Positions 32,211-41,194 of a stretch of 64,000 bases of DNA are shown here, one piece after another. The DNA comes from Nitrososphaerales archaeon. GTDB taxonomy: Archaea; Thermoproteota; Nitrososphaeria; Nitrososphaerales; UBA213. The stretch's first letter is position 1, and each line of letters opens with the position of its first letter. Both the position numbers and the translations under genes were made by a program. A model generated the notes under the pieces. The model saw only the letters and a list, made by a program, of their open reading frames with translations. It was not told where the DNA came from and did not search any database. The DNA lies in NCBI GenBank assembly GCA_965197925.1, contig CBDAOC010000020.1, positions 288,001-352,000 on the forward strand, written 5' to 3'.

Positions 32211-33420
32211 CTAGATGAAAGTTGACTGATTGTCTAACTTGTAAGATGGATTTCGATCTTCTGCTTGAAGAGCTGACATCTTTGAAGCGAGAAGTGTCGA
32301 GTATACGAAGTTCACTCGACTCTCTACAGACTCTAATTTTCTCTTCATCTCCTCAAATTGGGTCTGCCAATTCTTCTCAGCCACAGCAAACTCATGCTTC
32401 ACATGCTCAACCTCAGAAATTTGTAACAGAGGAACAGCCTTAAGGTAGTCCTTGAAAAGTTCGTGTTCATTTGGTTTATAATATGAATTACTTACACCAA
32501 CCGAGTGACCCATTAGCAGTTCTACGTTTATCGGGCGCATCACTTGCTCTGCCCGAGTCTTGAAGAACTTTCTGAAACCATGGTTAGCTTTAAATTCATG
32601 CCTTTTCTGCCCTAGTTCTAACGATCTTCTAATTCCTTGGGCCCATAATGCTCTTTCAACCAACCTTTTGATTCCAGTACTCATTAGCTTCCTTGGATTC
32701 ATTGCAAGTCCATGATGTGTATATTCTGCATGCCATAAATCACGCATAACCCAAGAATCTTTTGTTATTCTTTCTCCACACTCTTCACGGTAATCCATCC
32801 ATTCTTTTATTGCCTTGTACGCATCGGGAGTAATGAAAGTGATATACTCTTCGGCATCCTCACCATAAACAATTATTTTACCAACTTGAGTAATTCCATT
32901 TTCAACCACAGGTGCAATATGCCTCCACTTCAGATAATCCCATGCTCCCAATCGAATGCCAGACGATGCCATCAAGTACACAATAGGTTTTATTCTTCTG
33001 TCTGGATATCCGGTAAGTTTTCTGATTTCTTCACCTGTTGGTGCTCTATCGTTGGATGCCCTTCTCTCCTTAGGCAGACCTTTAGAAATCTTCTTCCAAC
33101 TCAACAGTATATCATACATTTCACAGAACAGTTTTATTGGTTTGTAATAGTTCGGCACTTGATTCTGAAATTTCATTTCTATCGGCACGTTCTTTCTGAT
33201 AAGAAATGAATCTCATTACGGAATAGAAAGCCCAATTTGTATCATCCCTTCCTTTTACTGTAAATTTGTTTAGCTTTTTCCACAAGAGTTCCGTTCAATC
33301 CAATGAAGTCAAAAAACATTTCAAGGCGGCGCTTGTACTTTACTTTAGTCTGCTCACTCTTAATAGCATACAGGAACATTGCAAGAGGTTCTGAAACTGT
33401 TATTGCTAATTTTGCACACC
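32211..33420 (-). pseudogene. int: Tyrosine recombinase/integrase; N-terminus (33190-33420) out of frame
   Basis: SSGIRLG, HGFRKFFKT, LMGH and SYY catalytic residues; upstream frame reads MFLYAIKSEQTKVKYKRRLEMFFDF. Confidence 0.9.
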
Positions 33421-33461
33421 ATATTATACGTAGGGACCCTATTTATGAACCGCTATTGTAG

Positions 33462-33563
33462 TGGACCGGGTGGGATTCGAACCCACGACCTCTCCCATGC
33501 CGAGGGAGTGTCCTACCAGGCTGGACGATTAGACAATCGATAATAACTATCGACTTCCGGCCC
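33462..33563 (-). tRNA. tRNA-Ala(GGC) with a 28-nt insertion/intron (33529-33556) between positions 7 and 8; CCA not encoded
   Basis: Acceptor stem GGGCCGG/CCGGTCC with G3:U70 and A73; D stem GTCC/GGAC; anticodon stem CTCCC/GGGAG; T arm GTGGG-TTCGAAT-CCCAC; 74 nt after removing the insertion. Confidence 0.9.
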
Positions 33564-33839
33564 GTCATTCCGATCCAATTCTAAGCCATATTGGTATGCT
33601 TTATAATGTTTGTCTATATTTCCTGTCCATTGATTCCATCATACTCGTTCAATCAAATGACTGAATGTAACAATTACAATTTTATTATTCATCAAGAAAT
33701 GGAGTTTTCTTCTGATGTTGTAATGGTAAGCTTTGGGCATTTTTCATTCCTTGCATTTTCCGATTGTCCGATACTATAATATCCCATTGTAGGAAATAAT
33801 AACAATGTTGGAATTTGATTATTTATTTCATCTATAGCG

Positions 33840-34298
33840 CTAATGAACTATAAGAACCGGACAGCTAACACGTTCGGCGACCCATCTACTGACACTCCCG
33901 AGTACACTCATCCTTGTGATGCCAGGCAATGCTTTGCTTGCCATTACTATAATATCGATCTTTTCTTTCCTAGTAAACTCAGGTATCTTCTCCAAGGGCA
34001 CGCCATATTCTATCGCATATCTGGCAGAAATTCCTAATTTTTTACATTCTTTTACCTTTTCCACAAACATTTTTTCTATATCCCTTTGCAGTTCTTTTTC
34101 TATCTTTGCGAGATGTTCTTTGATATTTTTCCTTGCGCCTGTCGTTGGTGAAATTCCAAACGGTTTTGTAGGCACAGATAAGACATTCAGTAGAATAAGT
34201 TCGGAATTCAGGTTGTTTGCCAAATATTTGGAATGCCGGTATGCTTTTTCTGATCTAACGGAACCATCGTGAGTGCACAATATCTTGTTGTATTTCAC
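33840..34298 (-). CDS. Universal stress protein (UspA family)
   Basis: YNKILCTHDGS...LGSVSRWVAERVSCPVLIVH. Confidence 0.95.
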   Translation of the reverse strand: MKYNKILCTHDGSVRSEKAYRHSKYLANNLNSELILLNVLSVPTKPFGISPTTGARKNIKEHLAKIEKELQRDIEKMFVEKVKECKKLGISARYAIEYGVPLEKIPEFTRKEKIDIIVMASKALPGITRMSVLGSVSRWVAERVSCPVLIVH

Positions 34299-34383
34299 TG
34301 GAACTTATCTTTCCTAATGTGGTATATAAGCGAATTTCTCATATGTACACACGTTTAAATATAATACAAATGTCGGTAGCGAT

Positions 34384-35310
34384 GTGGGTTTAAGAAGATC
34401 CAAACATAACCCAATCTTGAAGCCTAGTACTACGAATTTCTGGGAATGTAAGGCAGTCTTTAATTGTGCAGTAACCAACCATGATGGCAAAATACACATG
34501 CTTTATCGTGCGATTGGGGAGTATGAACATTACATTTCAAGGCTGGGATATGCGGTAAGTGAAGATGGGATAAATTTCACAAGGTATGATGAACCGGTGA
34601 TGAACCCAACCGTAAGATATGAACTTGGTGGGTGTGAAGATCCCAGAATAAGCAAGATAGAAAATAAGTTATATGTTACCTATGTAGTTCTATCATTTCC
34701 CCAGAAAGAAAAAGGCATCGCAAGAACCGCGTTGGCTTCGACGGAGGATTTCCTTGATTACAATAAACTTGGAATCATTACTCCTCATGATGTTGATGAT
34801 AAGGATGTTGTTATATTTCCTGAGAAGATCAATGGGAAGTACGTGATGATGCATAGACCCAACTGGGTTGGAGAAAAATATGGAACGTCAAACCCCAGTA
34901 TCTGGTTGGCATACTCTGATAATTTGCAGGAATGGTCAGACGATAAGATTTTGATACAGTCTGAACAAAAATGGGAACAAAGAAAGGTTGGAGGTGGATG
35001 TCCCCCGATCAAGACCAAGGAAGGGTGGATGGTCTTTTATCATGGTGTTGATGCGGATTTCAGATATATGGCTGGAGTTATTTTACTGGATATCCAAGAT
35101 CCCTCTATTGTACTGGCGAGATCAAAAAGGCCAGTACTGGAGCCAAGAGAATCATACGAAGTTGTTGGCGACGTTCCTAACGTCGTGTTTCCAACGGGTA
35201 CGGTGATGCTTGATAACAAATTATATGTGTACTATGGAGCTGCTGATAAGGTCATAGGCTTGGCAACAGCTGATTTAGATGATATACTGGATTTGCTTGA
35301 GAAGCCTTGA
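34384..35310 (+). CDS. GH130 family glycosidase/phosphorylase
   Basis: NPIL, AVFNC, MLYRA, GCEDPR, DDKD, FYHGV, GDVPNVVFP and YYGAAD motifs. Confidence 0.92.
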   Translation: MGLRRSKHNPILKPSTTNFWECKAVFNCAVTNHDGKIHMLYRAIGEYEHYISRLGYAVSEDGINFTRYDEPVMNPTVRYELGGCEDPRISKIENKLYVTYVVLSFPQKEKGIARTALASTEDFLDYNKLGIITPHDVDDKDVVIFPEKINGKYVMMHRPNWVGEKYGTSNPSIWLAYSDNLQEWSDDKILIQSEQKWEQRKVGGGCPPIKTKEGWMVFYHGVDADFRYMAGVILLDIQDPSIVLARSKRPVLEPRESYEVVGDVPNVVFPTGTVMLDNKLYVYYGAADKVIGLATADLDDILDLLEKP

Positions 35311-35315
35311 AAAAA

Positions 35316-36203
35316 TTAGACCTTAGTCTGCATACAGTTGTCTATTCTCTGATACTTTATGGCTTGCTGAATTATCGCCAAACCTACCTGCTCTCCCATC
35401 TTCGCCAGTTTGGAGACATCGGTAGAATATGAGAGATACGATCTATGACTCTTAGTTCCCAAGAATACTTCCTTTATCTTGTATCCTGCCATAGCAGTTT
35501 CAATCAGTAACCATACATCAACACCCCATCCATCAGGGGGATCCAAAGCAACCAACTTTTTCCATACATCAGACTTTGCAGCTATCTCCCCGCTCAAAGG
35601 CTGCTCATAATGCCATATTTCAGGGAAGAAGGTCCAAAGCAATGGTTTAGCTACCAGTTTAGTTACAGAGGCATCACTGGGGGCCCTAAGATACCAACCT
35701 CTTGACATATCGGAACCCTCTATCATTATAGAATCAACCAGAAGATCTATCCATTCTGGTGTAAGGTTCATTATATCCGCATCTAAGAAAACTATAACAT
35801 CTGGATTTTTGGCAAGTCCAGCTTTTATGCCCTCAACCATAGCAGCGCCTTTACCTGGATGAAGTCTTTCCTGAGGCATTACAACAGTTACGCCGTTTTT
35901 CTTTGCAACGTCCCTAGTTTTGTCACTGGAATGTCCGTCACTAACAACTATTATGGGCTTGTACTTGCTTCGCCTAGCAGTATCAATGCATGCCTTTATT
36001 GTAGTCTGCTCATTCCTAGTTGGAAGAACAACAACAACCTTCGCTGCTGTAGCCTCTTTCATAATTCTCTTGATCTTCTTCTCTCCATTGCCTCCTACAT
36101 CACGAAGTAAGAGCTGTTCATGCCGCATTTTCCTGCCTTCATGTGTCAAGGAAGTAGATTTCTTTACATTTCCTTTTTTCTGCACTTTCTTCTTGCTAGG
36201 CAC
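35316..36203 (-). CDS. GT2/GT81 glycosyltransferase, glucosyl/mannosyl-3-phosphoglycerate synthase-like
   Basis: LPTRNE, GKGAAM, FLDAD, VTKLVAKPLL, QPLSGEIA and WGVDV motifs. Confidence 0.8.
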   Translation of the reverse strand: MPSKKKVQKKGNVKKSTSLTHEGRKMRHEQLLLRDVGGNGEKKIKRIMKEATAAKVVVVLPTRNEQTTIKACIDTARRSKYKPIIVVSDGHSSDKTRDVAKKNGVTVVMPQERLHPGKGAAMVEGIKAGLAKNPDVIVFLDADIMNLTPEWIDLLVDSIMIEGSDMSRGWYLRAPSDASVTKLVAKPLLWTFFPEIWHYEQPLSGEIAAKSDVWKKLVALDPPDGWGVDVWLLIETAMAGYKIKEVFLGTKSHRSYLSYSTDVSKLAKMGEQVGLAIIQQAIKYQRIDNCMQTKV

Positions 36204-36311
36204 AGGTAAGAGTAAATTCCAGGATTTAATAAATCATGTGTCAGTTAAATTTTAGTTACCACTAGCATTTCAAATACAATTTAATAACACACCCCATTAA
36301 TTATTTTGTAA

Positions 36312-37553
36312 ATGCCAAATATCAATGGCTTTTTTGTTCTGTTATCAACCTCCGATACTCCCAAAATTAATCCTGCGCTGGCAAGAATGAAGTACAGAGC
36401 TTGGAATGGATTTGACGTAAAGAATTTTGGTAAAATATGCGTAGGTGTGTGTTTAACAAATGGTAGGAAATACGATGACATAATTCACGGTGAATTTTAT
36501 GATTCTATAGATTTAAGTAGGGAACCTAAAATACTGGCCGAAGATCTATCTGAAATAGATGGGAGTTATGCTCTAGCCATACCACGTGACGATTCAGTTG
36601 TTTTTGCCAGAGACTTTTTGGGTACCAAACCATTGTACTATGGAAAAGATTCGAATAATTTTTTATTGTCAACAGATCCAAACGCGGTAACAGTATTGGG
36701 TTTCAAAGCAAATTATGTAGCCCCCGGTTTTCTTTACGAAGCATCAATCAAGAGGATAAGACGCATAAAATTTAGTTCTTTACAATATGAAACAAAAAGT
36801 TATGACCAGTTGGAAGCAGTGGAAACTACAACCAGGTTGCTTTCTGATTCTATCAAACGTAGAATTGCGAATAGGAATGTCGTGCTCGGCTTCGGAGGTG
36901 GAATAGACAGCACGTTGATAGCAAAAGTTGCTTCTGGTAGCAAAATGCTTGCAGTTACCGTATGTATGAAGGGCTCCTTGGATCACAAGGTAGGAAAACA
37001 TTCTGCTGAATTACTTGATATCAAACATGAAACTGTGTTGGTCGATGAAACTACAGTGATAAATTCCATCAAGGAACTACAAAAAGTCACCCAATTCAAG
37101 AATGAAATGCATGCTAGCATAGCATCCGTTGTTTATATTTTGGCAAAACATACGAGAGAAAAGAAGTATGATGTACTTATGCTCGGGCAGCTTGCAGATG
37201 AATTGTTTGGTGGATATGCCAGATATCTAAAATATCTTAAGAGTTCTGTGAGAAAAGTCAGGGAAGCAATGTTCGATGATATCAAAAATGCATGCAGGAA
37301 TAACTTGGACAGAGATGAGTTGGCCGCATCATTTCACACTAAGTTATCTCTTCCATACACTGCGGTGGACTTTCTAAAATATGCGATATCAATTCCGTTA
37401 AGAATGAAATTGGACAGGGCGGGAAGAAGAAAGATCATGTTGGTAGAAGTTGCAAAAAATATTGGTGTGCCCCAGAAACTTTTGTCCCGTGAGAAAAAGG
37501 CAATGCAGTTTAGTAGCGGTGTGTACAAAGTAGTTAGTAAATTGAATTTATGA
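36312..37553 (+). CDS. Asparagine synthetase-like protein lacking the N-terminal catalytic Cys
   Basis: FARDFLGTKPLYY, GGGIDS, GQLADELFGGY and REKKAMQ motifs. Confidence 0.85.
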   Translation: MPNINGFFVLLSTSDTPKINPALARMKYRAWNGFDVKNFGKICVGVCLTNGRKYDDIIHGEFYDSIDLSREPKILAEDLSEIDGSYALAIPRDDSVVFARDFLGTKPLYYGKDSNNFLLSTDPNAVTVLGFKANYVAPGFLYEASIKRIRRIKFSSLQYETKSYDQLEAVETTTRLLSDSIKRRIANRNVVLGFGGGIDSTLIAKVASGSKMLAVTVCMKGSLDHKVGKHSAELLDIKHETVLVDETTVINSIKELQKVTQFKNEMHASIASVVYILAKHTREKKYDVLMLGQLADELFGGYARYLKYLKSSVRKVREAMFDDIKNACRNNLDRDELAASFHTKLSLPYTAVDFLKYAISIPLRMKLDRAGRRKIMLVEVAKNIGVPQKLLSREKKAMQFSSGVYKVVSKLNL

Positions 37554-37588
37554 TCAAGCGTGAACTTATATAAGTAGAACAAGGAGTA

Positions 37589-38416
37589 ATGTTGACTGTG
37601 AGCAAAGGCAAGATCATAGGTGACAGCGATTTGCGTTACCTAGATGGAAAGGGAAATCTCCTAAGGAGCAGAACCGAATTATCTGTAGCAAAGCTTCTGC
37701 AGTACCTTGGTATAGACTATGATTATGATGCCAAACTGTTGTATAATTCAAGCATACGAGTTGATTTTAAGACGAAAATGGGAGCAATCGAAGTTATAGA
37801 CGGTGAGGAGGATTCGGACAAATTGTTACAGATAAAGAAAGACAACAACGAAAGAGTGATAGCTATAGGACAGTCAAAGTATGCGAGCAAGATTGATGAG
37901 ATAGACTCAATCTTCCTGTATGATAAGATGAATTTTCAGACAGGTTCAATCTTCATTGAGGATCCGTCTTTGTCATTCGACTATGCTCATATATTACCCC
38001 TCGTGGAAAAATGTTCCGTCTTACATGGACATACATCAAGCGTAATGGTTGAGATAATTGGAAATATGAACAACAACATGGTAATCGATTTCGGAGAGGC
38101 TAAAAAAATAATAAAATCAACCCTTGGAGCTTTGGATCACAAATTCTTCATAAATAAGAAATACATGATTGGGGAGGATGATGAGCACTACAGGGTTTCT
38201 TTTAAAGGACCGCAAGGACTATTTGATTTGAAAGTTCCAAAGAGCACGACCTACATTCTAAATGGTGAAGCTACGGTGGAAAATCTATCCACGGAGATCA
38301 TATCATTGCTCGTACCCAATATGCCCAACAATGTCGACGCTTTGGGTGTTTACATTTATGAAGGTGTGAGCAAGGGTGCACACATAATTTCAAAGGTCTC
38401 CAAGGATGAACGATAA
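37589..38416 (+). CDS. queD: 6-carboxytetrahydropterin synthase (QueD) with an N-terminal nuclease-like extension
   Basis: FDYAHIL...KCSVLHGH, VIDFG, LDHK and TVENL motifs. Confidence 0.85.
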   Translation: MLTVSKGKIIGDSDLRYLDGKGNLLRSRTELSVAKLLQYLGIDYDYDAKLLYNSSIRVDFKTKMGAIEVIDGEEDSDKLLQIKKDNNERVIAIGQSKYASKIDEIDSIFLYDKMNFQTGSIFIEDPSLSFDYAHILPLVEKCSVLHGHTSSVMVEIIGNMNNNMVIDFGEAKKIIKSTLGALDHKFFINKKYMIGEDDEHYRVSFKGPQGLFDLKVPKSTTYILNGEATVENLSTEIISLLVPNMPNNVDALGVYIYEGVSKGAHIISKVSKDER

Positions 38417-39059
38417 GGCAATAGTGCTACTGTCTGGTGGACTTGATTCAGCAACCTGCCTATACTGGGCCAAGAACCAGAAGTATGATGTCTATGCGAT
38501 AACATTCAACTATTTCGACAGGTGGATGAAAGAAATAGAATCGGCAAGACAGCTGAGCAAGAGTGCAAATGCAAAAATGATTGAATTGGATATTCCTTTC
38601 GTCAAGGAAGCCTTCAATGTTCTTGGTTATGAAGGTCAATATGTAAGAGATGGGGATGCTAGATGGCCATTTTACATACCTGCAAAAAACCTGATTTTCT
38701 ATTCAATTGCAGCACATTACGCGGAATACATGAACGCAAAATGGATAGTTGGAGGGCATAATAAGCAAGACACCCAGTTTTACACTGATGCCTCCAAGGA
38801 TTACATAGGTATGTTGAATGGGTTATTGAGGGATGGTTGTATGCTGTGTAACGGTTCTCATTACCAGATCAATACTCCACTTGCGGATCTGGATAGACTC
38901 CAGGTCATCCATTATGCGATGGATATGCGGGTGCCCCTTGAGCTTACATGGAGCTGTCATGTCAAGACTCAAAAACATTGTGGAAAATGTTATGGCTGTA
39001 AATCAAGGATAGCAGCTTTCGAGGCCCTGGGGTTCAAAGACCCTGTTGAGTACGAATGA
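38406..39059 (+). CDS. queC: 7-cyano-7-deazaguanine synthase
   Basis: LLSGGLDS; TWSC...HCGKCYGC. Confidence 0.95.
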   Translation: MNDKAIVLLSGGLDSATCLYWAKNQKYDVYAITFNYFDRWMKEIESARQLSKSANAKMIELDIPFVKEAFNVLGYEGQYVRDGDARWPFYIPAKNLIFYSIAAHYAEYMNAKWIVGGHNKQDTQFYTDASKDYIGMLNGLLRDGCMLCNGSHYQINTPLADLDRLQVIHYAMDMRVPLELTWSCHVKTQKHCGKCYGCKSRIAAFEALGFKDPVEYE

Positions 39060-39125
39060 ATTTATTTACGATTATGATGAATTTATGATCCGATAAATGA
39101 ATGAAGTGAGTCAGATGAGTCAGGA

Positions 39126-39788
39126 TTAGGGTTTGAGTTTCTTAAAAATGCCACCTTCAGTACCAACGATACCATGTTCGACTATTGGCCTTTCATTCAA
39201 TGCGTGTTCGATTGCCCTGTTGCTTAATTCCACCGCATGTTCCACCTTCATATCTGAGCTATAATTGTTCTCTATCACATCCAACGCCTTGCCAGAATCC
39301 TGTCCGATTGCAAATGCTTGTCCCTTGAAGAACGTGCCGCTTGGATCAACTTGATAAAGCTGCAAACCTGTTGGATCCGTTCCTGCTAAGAGTATAGATG
39401 CCGCTTGGGGTCTTACTGCGTATATAGTGAAGCCGTGTAAGGTGGTGCTAATATGCTTTGCAAGAGATCCGACATCCATCGGAGTTTCATACACTAACCT
39501 ATGTCTCTGAGCTTCAACCCGTAGCTCATCTATAAGTCTAAGTATGTCACCTATGTATCCTGATCCAGTTGCACCCACATGCTCATCTATTGAAAACACC
39601 TTTTCAGATGGTTCCACTAGAGGTCTGATCGGCTTTATATGACTTGAAAGTAATACGAATTTCTCAGTTTTAATGCCTATGGTGGTTGAGCCTCTACTTA
39701 CAGCTTCCAATGCGCTATCCACTAGGACCAATCTTCCTTGGGGGCCGTAGTAGTATGGATACTTGCCGGGGTTCTGATCCGACATCAT
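39126..39788 (-). CDS. psmA: Proteasome alpha subunit, divergent paralog
   Basis: GPQGRL...AVSRGSTTIGIK, EKVFSIDEH, LYQVDPSG and AFAIG motifs. Confidence 0.85.
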   Translation of the reverse strand: MMSDQNPGKYPYYYGPQGRLVLVDSALEAVSRGSTTIGIKTEKFVLLSSHIKPIRPLVEPSEKVFSIDEHVGATGSGYIGDILRLIDELRVEAQRHRLVYETPMDVGSLAKHISTTLHGFTIYAVRPQAASILLAGTDPTGLQLYQVDPSGTFFKGQAFAIGQDSGKALDVIENNYSSDMKVEHAVELSNRAIEHALNERPIVEHGIVGTEGGIFKKLKP

Positions 39789-40359
39789 CTTACCTCCTTT
39801 GTCAACAACGCAGGGATATCAAGAACATCAACACCATTCCCAGAACCCGGATCTCGTTCAATTGCAGCCAAAACTGCTTTTGATGCAAGTGTCTTCGCTT
39901 CATCAATTGTTATATCCTGATTGTAACCGCTTTCAAGCACTCCATATGCAATTGGAGAACCAGAACCGGATGACGCGTAGTCTTCTTCTGTTATCGTTCC
40001 ACTCATATCTGCTGAATAAACATGAGGCCCTAGCGAATCAACACCAGCAACCAGGAGCTCAACGAAGTATGGTGAATAGTTCTTCAATCCTGAATATGCT
40101 AGATTTGCAATCAGTCTGGACGATTCCCTTACAGTCACTCTATAGCCTCGTCTTAACTCCACAAGCTTGCGTTCCGCCTTTACCATCTTTCATATATTCT
40201 GCATCGGACAACTGTCCAGCAATGGCCATCGCAAGTTTATCATCAATCTTTGTAGGTTTTCTGTGTTATCTTTGAACCTATAAAGAATCCCTTACTTGCC
40301 CTCCTATCTGAAGCAAGTACAACTCCTTCCTTACTCTTCATTGCAACTATTGTTGTCAT
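39785..40359 (-). pseudogene. psmB: Proteasome beta subunit with two apparent frameshifts (~40255 and ~40187)
   Basis: MTTIVAMKSKEGVVLASDRRAS start; SSGSGSPIAYGVLE; ERDPGSGNG. Confidence 0.85.
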
Positions 40360-40424
40360 TACCAATAATATGGATGCGTAGTATTAGTTGACTATGGATT
40401 GCTTGAATTGGTCACATCAGTTTT

Positions 40425-41102
40425 CTAATCTATAGTTTGAAAATGTGTAAGGGAGTACACTTCCGAACTTGGTGCTCAAAAGTTTTGTTACAAGCTCAAA
40501 TATTTTATGCGCACAGACCATAGCTTCTACTTTATACTTTTCATCAATAGCATTGGTTTCTATAATTATGTAATTGCTTATGATACGTAGGTTAGCTGAA
40601 ATGAACCATCTTCACTCTTCCACTGCAACATATGACCCATTTCACCCTCTAGTATCCCTAACCAGCGTAAGTTTTTGAACCACCTGCCAGCTAGAGTGTA
40701 GATTACGCCATTAACATCGATACTTGATGGTATGTATGTTTGCAGAAGAGGAATGTAAGAATCAGTTGAACTACCAACATTTCTTTTAGTTTGAATGCCA
40801 CCTTTCCTACTCAGTTTGTAGCCTAACTTTGATTTCTCTATGAGGCCTAAATCGTCGAGTCTCTGAAGTGAACGTGACAAACTTTCCTGATGCATTTCAA
40901 GCTTTCTCATCATACCCCTAAAGGAGTAGCTTGAACCGTCTTCTCTCAAGATCCCGAGAACTTTGTGATCATTGGGTCTTACATCATCATTTTCAACAAA
41001 GGCGGTGTCTTGTTCAACATTTGATGAGATAAATGCACCATTATCTAAATACGTATCCTTACTTCCTTGTTGGTTTGCAAGGCCTTCTGATTCGTTTACC
41101 AT
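40425..41102 (-). CDS. Winged-HTH (MarR-like) protein; C-terminus frameshifted near 40580
   Basis: SFRGMMRKLEMHQESLSRSLQRLDDLGLIEK HTH. Confidence 0.7.
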
Positions 41103-41194
41103 CGTGTGTCAAATTTATCAATAAAACGTGATATAAATCAAGCCGGGATTGCAGATATTTATAACAGGAACATCATGCTTTCCAATCATATATT

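Larger units (their letters stand above)
25419..33487. mobile_element. Decayed tRNA-integrated element (integrase at the tRNA-proximal end)
   Basis: Tyrosine integrase next to the tRNA 3' end plus a degenerate att repeat. Confidence 0.6.
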
